60,000 nucleotides of DNA. It comes from Camelus dromedarius. Its lineage: Eukaryota. The position numbers and the translations under genes are program-made. Every line of letters starts with the position of its first letter. Within the stretch, counting starts at the first letter, position 1. Positions 10,561-22,560 of the stretch are shown here, in pieces. The notes below the pieces were generated by a model. The model had not been told where the DNA came from. It did not search any database and saw nothing but the letters and a program-made list of their open reading frames with translations. The stretch lies in contig NC_087437.1 in assembly GCF_036321535.1 (NCBI RefSeq), forward strand, positions 113,710,001 through 113,770,000, written 5' to 3'.

Positions 10561-11763
10561 CATGGTTACTGCCTTTAGGTGATTGGGTCAGTGCTGTGTA
10601 TCTTATGGCTTGAGACTCTGGAGAAGTTCCATTTAATTCTATGTGCAACACAATTAATACAGTACTTATTATTGGATAGGCACTGACTAAATCTTTATTA
10701 TTTCTCTGATAATTGGAAGAAATCAGAAGACTACCCAGAAAAATGATTCTTCAGGAAGTTTCTGACTTTGGCTGCACCTTACATGGTATTCTATATTTTT
10801 TCCCTGCTTATAGAAGAATCTAGAGTTCTATCTTAAATTGAGAAAAATAAAATTTAAGATTTTTTTCTGGAATATGTTATTTGTAATAAGTTAGCTTGTA
10901 ATTTTGCTTCAAAAACTATATAGACCCACACCTTCATATGCACACATACACATACATCCACACACACTTGAATCTGAAATACTGATTTCACTTTATGATC
11001 TGCACTCCCTTGGCACCAATGTGTGAGCCAATATGTGAGTAACATATTCCCTGTTCCCTTAGTTAGCAGACCACACAAAGGGCAGATGGAGGGTAGGAAA
11101 CTGACTTAACGACAAGTCAATGATTAATCGTTTGGGTGCAGCATCTTAATATGCAGTGATTATCTTGTTTGATGCCCAAACGATAAATATGTTGCCACTT
11201 GTGATTAATCCCATACAATACTTATCTTTTCCTTGGATCTACTCAAAGGTTCACCCAACAGCCTTGTAGGCTTCTAGCTCCCAGGTCAAACAGATGAATC
11301 CATGGAAACATGCTGACTAAATTGTTTTATTCTTTTTGAATTGGCATGCCTCCCAGTGCACCCTTTTCAGAGATGCCAATGGAAACTGACAATAAAAGAT
11401 AGAGGTATGACTCCATGTTGACGATTATGTTTCCTGTGCTGTGCGGTCCCTGGACTACCTAGGACCTAGTTATTAAGGTGGTGAGAAGGAGGTGATGAAT
11501 TCCTTCAGATTCAGAACGCTTCACCTATTAAAATACACATCTTTTAAAGCCAAGATTTCCATCATTATTCATATCCCTCACCCAACAAATAAATGGTTCT
11601 CATTCTCTCTTTAAGGATGAACTGAAAACATTTGGAACAATTAAGTGATTTCACTATATTTCAAGCCCTAACCTTATTGGAGTAACATATTTTTGGCTTA
11701 TCATTTACTTTCAAGTTCAAGTTTATCTCTACTGAGGACACGCTTCCATGATGAAATGAGGGG

Positions 11764-11953
11764 AGGGTTGCCAGTTTTAGCAAAACAAAACAAAAAAGGA
11801 TGCATTGTTATCTTTGAATTTTAGAGAAAAAAAAATGAGTGAGTGTTTAATGTCTCAAATATTGCATGGGACATACTTATAATAAAGAATTATTCACTGT
11901 TTAACTGACATTCAAATTTAACTGAGTGTCCTGTATTTTATCTGGCAGTCCTC
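11764..11953. mobile_element. MER53 palindromic hAT MITE
   Basis: AGGGTTGCCAG...ATATTGCATGGGACATACTTAT...TTCAAATTTAACTGAGTGTCCTGTATTTTATCTGGCAGTCCT. Confidence 0.85.
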
Positions 11954-13030
11954 GTCGACGGCCAAGATGTAAGATGTGGATATGAATACATATCACCTAA
12001 GAAGGAGGCAGCTTTGGAGTAAATTTACACATACAGGAGAAGATAATAGAGCACTCCGGGAGACTTCAATCACGGCAGGCTGGAGTGGATTTTCATTTCC
12101 CCCTTTTCTTGCAGCCCTTTCAACGGCCAGGAGGAATGTTTAATACCAGGCTCACCTTGCTAGTGGTTTGTCCAACAGCAGAGAAATAATGGCCAAAGGG
12201 ATCATTTACCTTGTTTTTTCCATGCTGGACTCACCTGCTTTCTTGTCCAGGAGGACTCGCCTTGGCATTGTTCATCTGCGCTCCTTTTCCAAAGGAGAGC
12301 CCGGGCGTGCTAATTGCTGGGTAGTGGCTCCGCTACAGGGAGGTGGACGACAGCTGGGAGCTGGGCACGTCCTGCAAGGAGAGGCGAGGGTTTCCATTGC
12401 AGACAGCGGCATAATCTTGAACCCTTACATCTGCACTAACTTTTGTTTTTGGTCTCAAGCAATTGGCTAGAGCTGAAAACATAAACACCCCCGTGTGCTG
12501 GCCCTTATCATTTTCCTTTTATGTCGGCTTAGGAAATACACCTGAGAGACCAAAGGCACACAGTGAACCCAGCAATTACCAACCACTGCGGGAAGGCGGC
12601 AAACGTGCAAACAGCAAAACAGCCGAGGATGGGGCGTCCGACCTTCCTCGTGGCACTGGGGGCCCTTTCAGTGGCCAGGTTCAGTGGCTCCGAGTCTAGG
12701 ACTCCCTCCTGCTTCTGTCCTGGGACAGTGGATTCCAGTGCTGCCAAAGATGGGGAACTTAGGAAGGTTCTCTCCTGATTGCTTTTGAGTAAACAGGTGG
12801 TACAGGCCGTGCAAGATGTGGGGACAACTATTTAATAGGGGAAAGAGGCGGGGCTTAATTAGCTTGTCTTCTAGGAAACACATCAAGGCACAACGGTTCG
12901 AAGGAAAAATGGATCTCTTTTTACCCCTGCAGGTATGGTTTTGACAGAAAAATCACAAAGGGACATTAGAAAGTGGAGGGTGAGAGGTGAGGGTGGGGAG
13001 AGACACTTGAAAACATCATCTTCTATTTCA

Positions 13031-13200
13031 TGGCTTAGGGACTAAACTTTCCATCCATTCAAGAAGCATTTATTCAACACATTCTGGGTGCCAGGTACTG
13101 TTTGAGTGAGCTGAATAGACAAAAATGCCTGTCCCATTTAAGTTCTGGAGAAAGGCAGTCTAGAATAGAGATTATAGATGTGAACTTTGGACAGATGCTG
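13031..13200 (-). mobile_element. L2 3' end fragment
   Basis: CATTCAAGAAGCATTTATTCAACACATTCTGGGTGCCAGGTACTGT. Confidence 0.65.
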
Positions 13201-13892
13201 TCTGACTGCTTTGGAGAAGAAGATAATGTTATTTTTTGTTTGTTTGATTGTTTTATTTGCTCCTGATGTTTTCCTTCCAAAAAATCCAGGTGATAAACAC
13301 TGCAAACATATTTCTGATTTACATTAGTGTCTGGCCAGAACTTTCTGGATAATGTGCTCAATTGTCTACTTTTTTTTCCCCATTACTTGCACTTGGGAAA
13401 TTATGCACACTGGGGTCCAGGAGTAGGGGAGTGGAATTCCTTAAACTTGAGCACATTTGCACTTTTTCTAGGATCCTGCATGTATCACATATCTTATTAA
13501 TTGTCAAATGACTCTGCATTTATAAGTTCTAAAATCTTTTAATGAGTCTAAACTCTAAAACAAATAAACTTAACGTTTCATATAAATAATGGGCAAATGG
13601 AGTTTGCATCCCAACCAAAGCAAGGAGCTAAACTAAAAAGATATAAAATAATACAAGTAACAAGAAATATTTTTTTCTTCCCTGATGACCATTTTTTCAC
13701 TTGGAAAGTCCTCACTTTATGGATAGAAAAGGAAAAGAATGATCTTATTTATTTCAATTGTCAAATTAATCATCTTTGATAACTTAAAAGTACTCCCTTT
13801 TAAAAAAAATTAAAATGAAAAAATTACAGGAAAACATTTGATTTGTTTTTGACATTACATGATATATGACATGTGACATGTGTTATCTTGAT

Positions 13893-14112
13893 TCATTAAG
13901 CGTTTGCTAATTATACTAGTGGTTGACCCCCCGTTAAGTGCTTTACACTCATTTAATTCTCACAACCCCATATTTACCCCCATTTTACAGATGAGAAAAC
14001 TGAGGCATAAAAAGACTAAGTAATTTCCAAGGCCACACAGGTAGAAAGTGGGGGATCCAGCGTTTCAAATCTAGGTAGTCTGGCTCCAAATTCTGCACAA
14101 GTCATCACTACA
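13893..14112 (-). mobile_element. MIR SINE
   Basis: MIR core CCCATTTTACAGATGAGAAAACTGAGGC. Confidence 0.88.
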
Positions 14113-14794
14113 AAACACTGCTGAGTATTCCATGCTTTTACCTTACTCTTTGTTTTTATACCAAATCCAAGAATCATCTAAGATTTTAAAAAAAGGAGAT
14201 TTGTTTCAACAGAAATCCTAATTTCACATACTTTGTGCACCAGCACTGGGATCCTTTGCTTGAGGTTAGTAGAAATATTTTCTCTAAATTTCGGAGGTTT
14301 GTTAGGAGGTAGTTCCCAAAATTTTACTGCTTTTCTTGTCTCCACAATATGCATTATTTATAAGATGTTCAGTTATACTACAGAGGGGTCATAAATTCTG
14401 TTTGGAGATTTAAATAGCGTTTTTGAAGGATAATATAAATTGACCATGCCTGGGCCTGCATTTATCTGTGTCTTTATAAAATGTAGGATGCATTTAGGTC
14501 ATTTAAGATTTTGTGCAAGAAGGGAAGGGGATGATTTAGCAGTTAACTAGATTGTCTGTGAAGTAATTCAAAATGACCATTAAATCTTTCCTTCTTCCAA
14601 ATACCTTGGGTACTTTTTAACCACTCATGCAATGACTACCGTGTCCCACCCTAGATGACAGAGTTTAATGCCCACACCTTCTCTTTCCTGACAGACTGTG
14701 ATGTTTGGAGGGCAAAGGGCATGTCCTCATCATGGCTATGGCACCTCTAGAACTGAGAACGTGGTAGGGGCCCATCCCCTTTTGTTGACCAATG

Positions 14795-15327
14795 TGTCAG
14801 TTACCTATGGCCACAATCACACAGAATTAAAAACATCCGCCAATCTTAGTGCATTTGCCAGTGAACACTTGTTACTGCTCTTGGGTCCAGGCTCACTCAC
14901 TTACGCGTCTTCTGTCAGCTGCAGGTTGGTTTGGCAGCTCTACTGGGCTGGGCTGGGCTCTCTTACTTGTTGGGAACTGGCTAATCTAGGATAGCCTCAG
15001 CTGGGATAGCTGGCCTGTCTTCTGTGTGGTCTCCATCCTCCCGACACCAGCCCAGGCAGGTTCTCATGGAGGTAGAGTGACAGAGAGTGAGCAAAAACAC
15101 AGATAGCCTCTACAGGTCTAAGCTTGCAACTGACAAGTTGTCAGTTCTGCTGCATTCTATTGGCCAAAGCGAGTGACCTGGCCAAGCCCCATTCAAGGGA
15201 TAGGAAAGTAGACTGCATCTCTTTATTTTATTGTTTTTTTAACTTGATGTATGTAGTCAAGTTACAGTGTTGTGTTAATTTCTGGTATACAGCATAGTGA
15301 TTCATATATATATATATGTGTATATAT

Positions 15328-15363
<36 letters not shown>

Positions 15364-15870
15364 TCTTCATTATAGGCTATTACAAGGTATTGATATAGTT
15401 CCCAGTGCTATACAGTAGGACCTTTTTTTTAAAAAATCTATTCTATATATAATAGTTAGCATCCATAAATCCCAAACTCCCAATTTATCCCTCTCTACCC
15501 CCTTTCCCCTCTGGTGACCATAAGTTTGTTTTCTATGTCTGTGAGTCTGTCTCGGTTTTATAAATAAGTTCATTTGTATCATTTTTTTAGATTCCGTGTG
15601 TAAGTGCTATCATATGGTATTTTCCTTTCTCTTTCTGGCTTAATTCACTTAGTATGATAATCACCAGTTCCATCCATGTTGCTGCAAATGGCATTATTTT
15701 ATTCTTCTTTATAGCTGAGTAGTATTCCATTGTGTATGGCTATACCACAACTTCTTTATCCTAGACTGCATCTCTTGATGGGAAGAACTGCAAGTCAGAT
15801 TATAAAGGACAAGTATACAAGGAGGGGTGAAGAACTGTGGCTATTTTTGAAAGCAATCTGCCACAACTAG
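14795..15870 (-). mobile_element. MLT1 (MaLR) LTR split by an L1 insertion
   Basis: TTCTGCTGCATTCTATTGGCCAAAGCGAGTGACCTGGCCAAGCCC...TAGACTGCATCTCTT, resuming as GATGGGAAGAACTGCAAG after the L1. Confidence 0.75.
15224..15761 (-). mobile_element. Young 5'-truncated L1 with a perfect 15-bp TSD and an internal (TA)n(CA)n tract
   Basis: TAGACTGCATCTCTT at 15209-15223 and 15762-15776. L1 3' UTR motifs such as CCATCCATGTTGCTGCAAATGGCATTATTT. Confidence 0.92.
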
Positions 15871-16589
15871 AATGAATAAAAATGAACCAGAATGCTGTCA
15901 TGAAGTGGGAAGAGAGGAAAGGGTGAAGCAGCTGGTTCAAGGTCTGGGGCATGAACATATCATGCCATCTCATGTCCTTGATCCTCAATGTTGTTCTGAA
16001 AATCCAATGGAATAATCTACCCTGGATTGTCTTGTAAATTATAAATCTCAGTGTATGTATGATTCATCGTTTCTGTTATTTCATCTGAGGTTAGAAAGCC
16101 TTCCTGCAATTCTAAATCAGATTGACAGATTCTGAATAGTACATACAAAGATTGTATAAATCCCTGCAAGCAATGTTTTTCTTACTTTACTCCAAGACTG
16201 GATCTGAGGCATCCTGAGAATCAGGGAAGGTCCTACCTGGTGTGCAAGGCATCATGGGAGCTCACCTGAAATTTAGGAAAGTCTTAAGTACGCTGCTGTA
16301 ACCCTCACCTTCTGGAAGTGCAGAATTTCCTCCTGCCCCGGGTGGCTCCCTCACCAAAGGAGGGTGACACCCAGAACCCTCAACTTCTCCATTTGTTTCT
16401 GCTTGAAGGATTAATAAGCTCTCAAAAAAAAAAAAAAAAATACAGTCACAACTTCTTCTCTTCCAGACTTTGCGATGTCACAGCCTGATGAGGCCTTCTC
16501 TTTTTATTGCTGTGTGGGATGATTTTTATGGCCCCTCCTGAAGTGAGGAATTACCTTTGATAATATTGAAAACAGTGTACTTTGGAGTA

Positions 16590-16759
16590 CAGTCATCCTT
16601 CCGTATCCAAAGGTGATTGGTTCCAGGAGCCCCCAGGGACAACCAAATCCACAGATGCTCAAGCTCCTTATGAAACGGCCCGATTCAGTGCATACAATTG
16701 GCCCTCTGTATGCACGGATGTGAAATCCGAGGGTAAAGATTCAGAGGGCTGGGCAATTG
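16590..16759. mobile_element. Tigger2/MER2-MER8-family MITE
   Basis: TA|CAGTCATCCTTCCGTATCC...GATTGGTTCCAGGAGCCCC...CAATTG|TA, with TA at both ends. Confidence 0.78.
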
Positions 16760-17399
16760 TATTTGAATGGAAGGATTTCCCCATTTTGTGACACCCCCTA
16801 TGATGAAACTGGAGATGCATTTTGCATAAATGATTCATTGGGAGTCACTTACGTACCCCAGGGATCTGGCCTTGCTTATGAGCCAAGTACAAATGCAAAT
16901 ATTTAACACATTGCAAGAAATGACATTTAGGGGAAAGAGGACCCAAACTGATTGCATATGTGTACGGCACAGCCCGCATTGTTCCTCTACGCTTTTAGAT
17001 CTCTGAGTCAGCAACCGAGGCCCCTGGGGGTGCCCACGGGCTTTGATGGTGCCTGAGAGCATGTGGAACCCCAAATTAAAAGGCCGTGCGGGGAAGGGAG
17101 AGAGAAATTAGAGAGAATTTGTTAGCTCCGGATTTCAATCTACAAAAGATTTATCACTGCATATATAAATCCTAACCCCAAATTACCTTCAGTGGCATCG
17201 CACATTGTGTGTAGACCAGGGGGACATGCAAACCCACAACACGTTTTCTTCCTCCTCCTTCTTGGCATTGAGGAAACCCACACACTGTATGAGGTTCCAC
17301 CTGCCAGTCATTTAAAGCCAAACCCAAGGCAAGGGCTGCAGGCATTCTGCACCTATGATCGTCCATTCCTTTGAAACGGTGCTGCTTCTTTCGCTGGGC

Positions 17400-18130
17400 T
17401 GCCTTAAGCCAGATGAGGGGGAATAAAAAGGCTGGTTTTTACCGTCCTAACGTACAAGCCACTTACCTCTTCCCGGCTCCACGTCCCTCTCCTGTCTGGG
17501 CAGCGGGGCTACAGTTTAGAAGGTGGCCTTGGAGAAACCGGTCTCTCTCTTGACTTACTTTGAGCGCCATCGTGCTGTCGGGGTGAGCTGTCCTGGGGCC
17601 GGGCGGCGGGGGCTCTGGGGCGCGGAATCCGAGAGCAGGGCGATCTGGTCAACAGCAGCAGCGATGCCGTGGAGGAAAGACAGCACTGTCCTTTTCTCAT
17701 TAAGTGTATTTATAAACATACTGAACATGAAACATTTTTCCTTTCTTCACAGTGATGGATGATTATACGTCTATGAAATGTTTTCATTTATTTGGCGCCA
17801 GGGTAATCAAAATCAGTTGAAACTGTCCCACTGAAGGGAAAGAAAACAAGTAGGCGTGGGGCGGCCGGTGCTCTCCCCCACGCTCTTTCGGGGGGTAGCT
17901 GGCAGAAGGGCTCGCCTCGCAGAGGAATACGCTCTTCCACCGGTAATTACTCCCAGCCCTGCTCGCGGCTGCGGTCCACGGAGGCTGCAGCTCGGCAGGA
18001 CATTCAAAGCCATCGCCTCCACCCCGGGAGCCGTGTGGGAGCGCGGGCCTGCCTGTGCGTGACTCTGTTTGGGCTGAGAAAGAGCTGGTCCCCGGAAACC
18101 TTGGTGAATGAAAACTCTCGCGCTTTCATG
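17400..18130. promoter_or_regulatory. CpG/GC-rich patch, candidate regulatory element
   Basis: CpG density visibly higher than flanks. GC box 17859-17864, E2F-like TTTGGCGC 17791-17798, RUNX TGCGGT 17970-17975. Confidence 0.5.
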
Positions 18131-20272
18131 TCTGCCCTGGCCCGTGTTCTGGGTCAGTCGTCCTGATCTCCAACATCCTGTTTAAACTGGTGTTTTCCAC
18201 TACACCCAGACAAAACGATTTCTATTATAAGCTCATAATGATTGTGCAAAGACAGGCCACGGAGATTAGGTAAGGAAACAGGGTGGACCGGCTGGTAAGG
18301 AAAATACAGAAGGCAGATGCCTGATTCCTTCTTTGGATGGGGTTCCTTGGCCAGCTACAGGACTCAGTCCTTTGTTTTACAAAACCAGTGTTGGTTTGGA
18401 AAGGCCACTGTTTTAGTGAGCTTATCCGGCTTAAACCGCGGAACGGTTTTGCTCACTTCTCTGCCTGATGGTTTGCCATACAGACCAGTTTAGAAGCGTG
18501 AGGGTTAAGACCCTCTGTGAGTAAAAAAAAAAAAAAAAAAGGATTTCAGTGATCTCTAGTCATCACCCCTCAAGGAAGCAATTTGAATAGTACAGCAAGG
18601 AAAGGACTTTCACTTCTCGAATGGATGTGAGTATTTTTTTAAGTGAATTGAGAGAATCTCGTTATAGCTGTTTTCTTATTAAAACCGGCAGAGTCCTGAG
18701 TAATGCTTTCAAATCAGGCTCAGAAAGGAATGAGTCTTACCTCCTGGCTCCAAGTCAACAAGATGCAGAAGGGCTGGGAGAGAGTCCTTTCAGAACTTAC
18801 CTATATCTAGTTTTAAGAAAATCATAATTGGAGTCATAGTGCAGAAACCACTGTCCTAGAGCACACACTGTGTTTATTCTAGCCATTAGCTATTGAAAAT
18901 TAGTGACCTATCCTAAGGCTCTAACAATGCTGACATTGGAGTTCCTGAGCTCTTCATGTTAGGGAGGATAATTGCTTGATGTGCTTCACCTACAAGGAAG
19001 CAAATATTTCCCTTTTGTACTGCGCCAGGGCATGAAATTAGCGTAGGAAGTATGAAATCTGAATGCAAATTAGCAAATCAAAAATTTCTTTGTCTGATAT
19101 GGACACAGACATCTTTTCTGTAGGGAGCAACGGGCTAAAGTGATCACCGAATAACCAACAGCCCTTCCTGTTATTTTTGCGAAGACCCATGTTTAGCTGT
19201 GAACTTTGGAGGTGCCCCATTTCTAAAACTAAGCGAATGTAAATCTCAAATAACACAGTGTATTATTGAAGATATTTAAAATTGCTTCTGGAATGCTGGG
19301 GCAGTTTGAAAATCACAAATAGAGGTGTGGCAGGTTTCCATGTTTCATAGTCTTTTTCCATAATTAAAAATTAACCACTATGATGAAAAACTGTACTGGT
19401 AATAATTATAAAAGAAGGTGTGAGGAGGAGACTCTTTGGCCCAAAAAGAGGTGGTTTGAATAATGCTTGGGGTGGTGGTCCTCATTTCAAATGTTTATGT
19501 CTTCAATTACTTGATGTGAGATCTGTTACTTCACTATGAGAGGAACTGATTAATTCAGTAACTGGTAGCAACCAACTTTCTCCCAGAGAGTTAAGATGAC
19601 ATCACCCCAAAGGTCCGAGGTGGTATGCTAATACAATTTCAAAACAGCCAATCACAATGGCTGAGGTGAAGTGGCCACAGCCAACCACTGTTGCCCATCC
19701 TTCATCACTCCAGCCCCACGACCTCAGCCTTCAGGAAGAGTTAGAGTGAGCAAAACCAGGGGCATCCAGCCAACTCTTATACAAATCCCTGTGATGTCTC
19801 TATCTCTGGATGAATAGATCATGTTAAGGATTTCTGTGGCAGAAATGGATCCTTTAGACAGCATAACTTTGGTATCTTTTTAGGTAATATTTTTCTTGCA
19901 AAGACAGAGCCGACTGATTTATTTTAGAATGAGCATTTTCTATTTTATAGGTGTCTTTTCCATTTTACTTAGAATCTTATGTGAAGTATGAACAAATTCT
20001 CAAATGTTTAATATGAACTGAGAGGACACAGTCCCTTAATCAGAGTTCAGTGAACTGGTTTTGTTTGCCAGCAGGTTATGTAGTATTTCAGAAAGGCCAC
20101 CAGCTGCCCCTCCCGCTTGGTTAGTTTCCAACAGGTCTCTCCACGTCCACCTGGAGTTTCTCCCAGGTTCAGCCAGAGATATGTGCTTCCTCTCATTCAC
20201 CATCAATCATTCTTACTGTAGAATATTCAATTTCTTTAAATAGCCACGAAGCCACACACAGTCATTTATATT

Positions 20273-20447
20273 CAGGATAGGCTCTATAACTTGCAAAGCC
20301 CAGTGCAAAGTGAAAATGTGGGTCCCTTGTTCAAACTTACTAAGAATTTCAAGATGGCAGCAACAGAGCATGAAACCAAGAGCGAGATCCTTCTGAGAGG
20401 AGGGTCTGTAAGACCGCGTAGGTCACATGACCAAGATGCCAGCCCTG
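20273..20447 (-). mobile_element. MER45A-like hAT-Tip100 MITE
   Basis: GCCCAGTGCAAAGTGAAAATGTGGGTCCCTTGTTCAAA...AAGAATTTCAAGATGGCAGCAACAGAGCA...GCCAGCCCTG. Confidence 0.82.
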
Positions 20448-20687
20448 ACTGCATTAGTAATCATACTCACACACGTCTCCTTGCAAGTGCGCTGCAAAGA
20501 ATATACGTAGAGCAACTGAACTTTTACTTTGTGCTAACACTTTCTTTTCAGCCCAACACCAATTACCCATAACTCAGACATAATATGTTAGCAGTGAAAC
20601 CTCTGATTTCTTATTTAAGATTTCTAGCACTTTTATACGTATTTTCCCCTTTGATCTTAAGAAGTTCTTTTTTAAATGCTTAAAAAA

Positions 20688-20787
20688 TTTTTTTTTTGAT
20701 TTATAATGTTGTATTAGTTTCTGATGTACAGCAGAGTGATTCAGTTATACATACACATATACTTCTTTTTTATTACAGGTTACTACA
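20688..20787 (-). mobile_element. Short L1 3' end fragment
   Basis: Poly-T then GATTTATAATGTTGTATTAGTTTCTGATGTACAGCAGAGTGATTCAGTTATAC. Confidence 0.8.
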
Positions 20788-20998
20788 TGCCCCAGTTTGC
20801 CAGTATGCAGACAGGCGAAGCCACTTACCCAAGGTTCACATTCAGTATCTTTTTCTGCTTGTAAGTGTACTTTGTCAAACATTTGAAAACTATGGGGAGA
20901 AAGAAAATATTTATCACCCATAAAGTACCACCAATTAGAGAAAACTATTAAAGTTTCAATATCTATCCTCTAAGTCTATTTTTCTATAATTTTTTTTA

Positions 20999-21103
20999 AA
21001 GAAAGCAACATTTTATTTTATTTTTTTTAATGGAGGTACTGGGGATTGAACTCAGGACGTTATGTATGCAAAGCAAGAGCTCTACCACTGAGCTATACCC
21101 TCC
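20999..21103 (-). mobile_element. tRNA-Ala-derived SINE, camelid Vic-1-like
   Basis: Reverse complement GGAGGGTATAGCTCAGTGGTAGAG...GAGTTCAATCCCCAGTACCTCC has Pol III A and B boxes and an A-rich tail. TTTTTCT(A/G)TAATTTTT is repeated on both sides. Confidence 0.85.
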
Positions 21104-21379
21104 ACTCAAGTTTTTCTGTAATTTTTAATGTAATAATTTTATAGGTTCTTGTATATTTTCCTATCTAAATAGGGATAGTATCATACAGCCTGCTTAATAA
21201 ACTTTTTGACTCAGTAATATGACCCAGGCCTTCCTCACCCATTATTAAACATTCTTATGAAGAATTATTTTTAATGGCTACATAGTATTCCATCATGGTT
21301 GGTAACGAATCCATTTAGGAATAAATGAGAAATGATAGAAAAGATGACATTATTAGTGCTAATTCCTTTTCAAGTTATA

Positions 21380-21570
21380 AGTAATTTAATTCTTACAACT
21401 GCCTAATAATCTAGATGTTATTATCCCCATTTCACAGATAAATAAACTGAGACCACAAGGGTTTAAATAATTAGCTACAAGTCATACATATATCAGAGCA
21501 AAGCTGGAATTCGGACCCAGGTCTGCTTGAAGGCAAAGCTTATATTCAATTCATCCTGCACTGACTGATA
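21380..21570 (-). mobile_element. MIR SINE
   Basis: TTATTATCCCCATTTCACAGATAAATAAACTGAG...GAGCAAAGCTGGAATTCGGACCCAGGTCTG. Confidence 0.82.
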
Positions 21571-22282
21571 CATAATTTGATATTTTATTCTGAAGAAAGA
21601 GCCCTGGGTTAGCACATCAGTTAGAGCCCTGGAGATGTTCAAGGTGTGATGTTTCTCTGTTACTGGAAAAAGGTACATAGGGGAGTCCACGGAACCAAGG
21701 GAGGTCCAGAGATACTGACAAATTCTGATCAGGAACAACCTCTGGGCCAAAGAACTATCGTTCCAGAAGATTTCCTGGTTATTGGGGATTCTTTTGGTCA
21801 CAGATAGTCTCATTTACCCATTAGGAAAATGTAGCAAAGATGGCTATAAGTTCATGAAGAACAACTCTAGGGATGGAGAGTGGATTGCCTTCCATTTTAA
21901 GGAAGTAGCATTTGGGATGAGTCCCTAAGCCAGTGTCTGCTGCACTGTGTGTTTACCCTCTACGTGAAACCTCAGGGCAATTTCAGAAAAAAGAAAATGT
22001 TCCTAAAAGTTCTCAGAAGAGATCACTTGAAAGTGACCTCCGTGGTGAACTATTTTTTGCCCTGCTTGCTCGCCCCATCTCGGCCCCCCGCCCTGGCTTA
22101 GTCAGCTAGTTTCTCACTGACGTCCTCAGTTCCAGGAGCTCAGTCCCAGAGGGGAACGGAAAAGATTCCTGGCAAATACATTAGATCAAATGAGTTTTAT
22201 GATGAGTAAGAAGAGCCTACCACCCCCTCGTCTTAACTACATTAGATCCCCCAGTAGGGAAGACAATCAACGGGGAATGATT

Positions 22283-22560
22283 CCCATAGCTCGGGCAACA
22301 AAGTGGCTTAAATTTATTCTCCTCCCAGGTCTGGAGGCCAGAAGTCTGCAAACAAGCTGTTGACAGGGCCATATTCCCCCCTGTCAGCTCTAGGGGCGGG
22401 TCTTTCCTGCCTCTTTCAGCCTCTGGCGGCTCCAGGTGTCCCCCGGCTCATGGCTGCTCTACTCGAGTCTCAGCCTCCATCTAACGTGACCTTCTTCTCG
22501 TCTGTGTCTTCAGCTCTTCGAACTCTTTTAAGGATGCTTGTCATTGGAACTGGGTGGTTG
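22283..22560 (-). mobile_element. MLT1 (MaLR) LTR fragment
   Basis: GTGGCTTAAATTTATTCTC...TCTGGAGGCCAGAAGTC...TCTTTCCTGCCTCTTTCAGCCTCTGG. Confidence 0.75.

Noticed and set aside
12648..12668. CTCF-like GGCACTGGGGGCCC
   Set aside because: It lacks the core AG and is one base short of the motif spacing.
21030..21103. tRNA-Ala gene
   Set aside because: It has A and B boxes but mismatched stems, an A-rich tail and flanking duplications, so it is a SINE.
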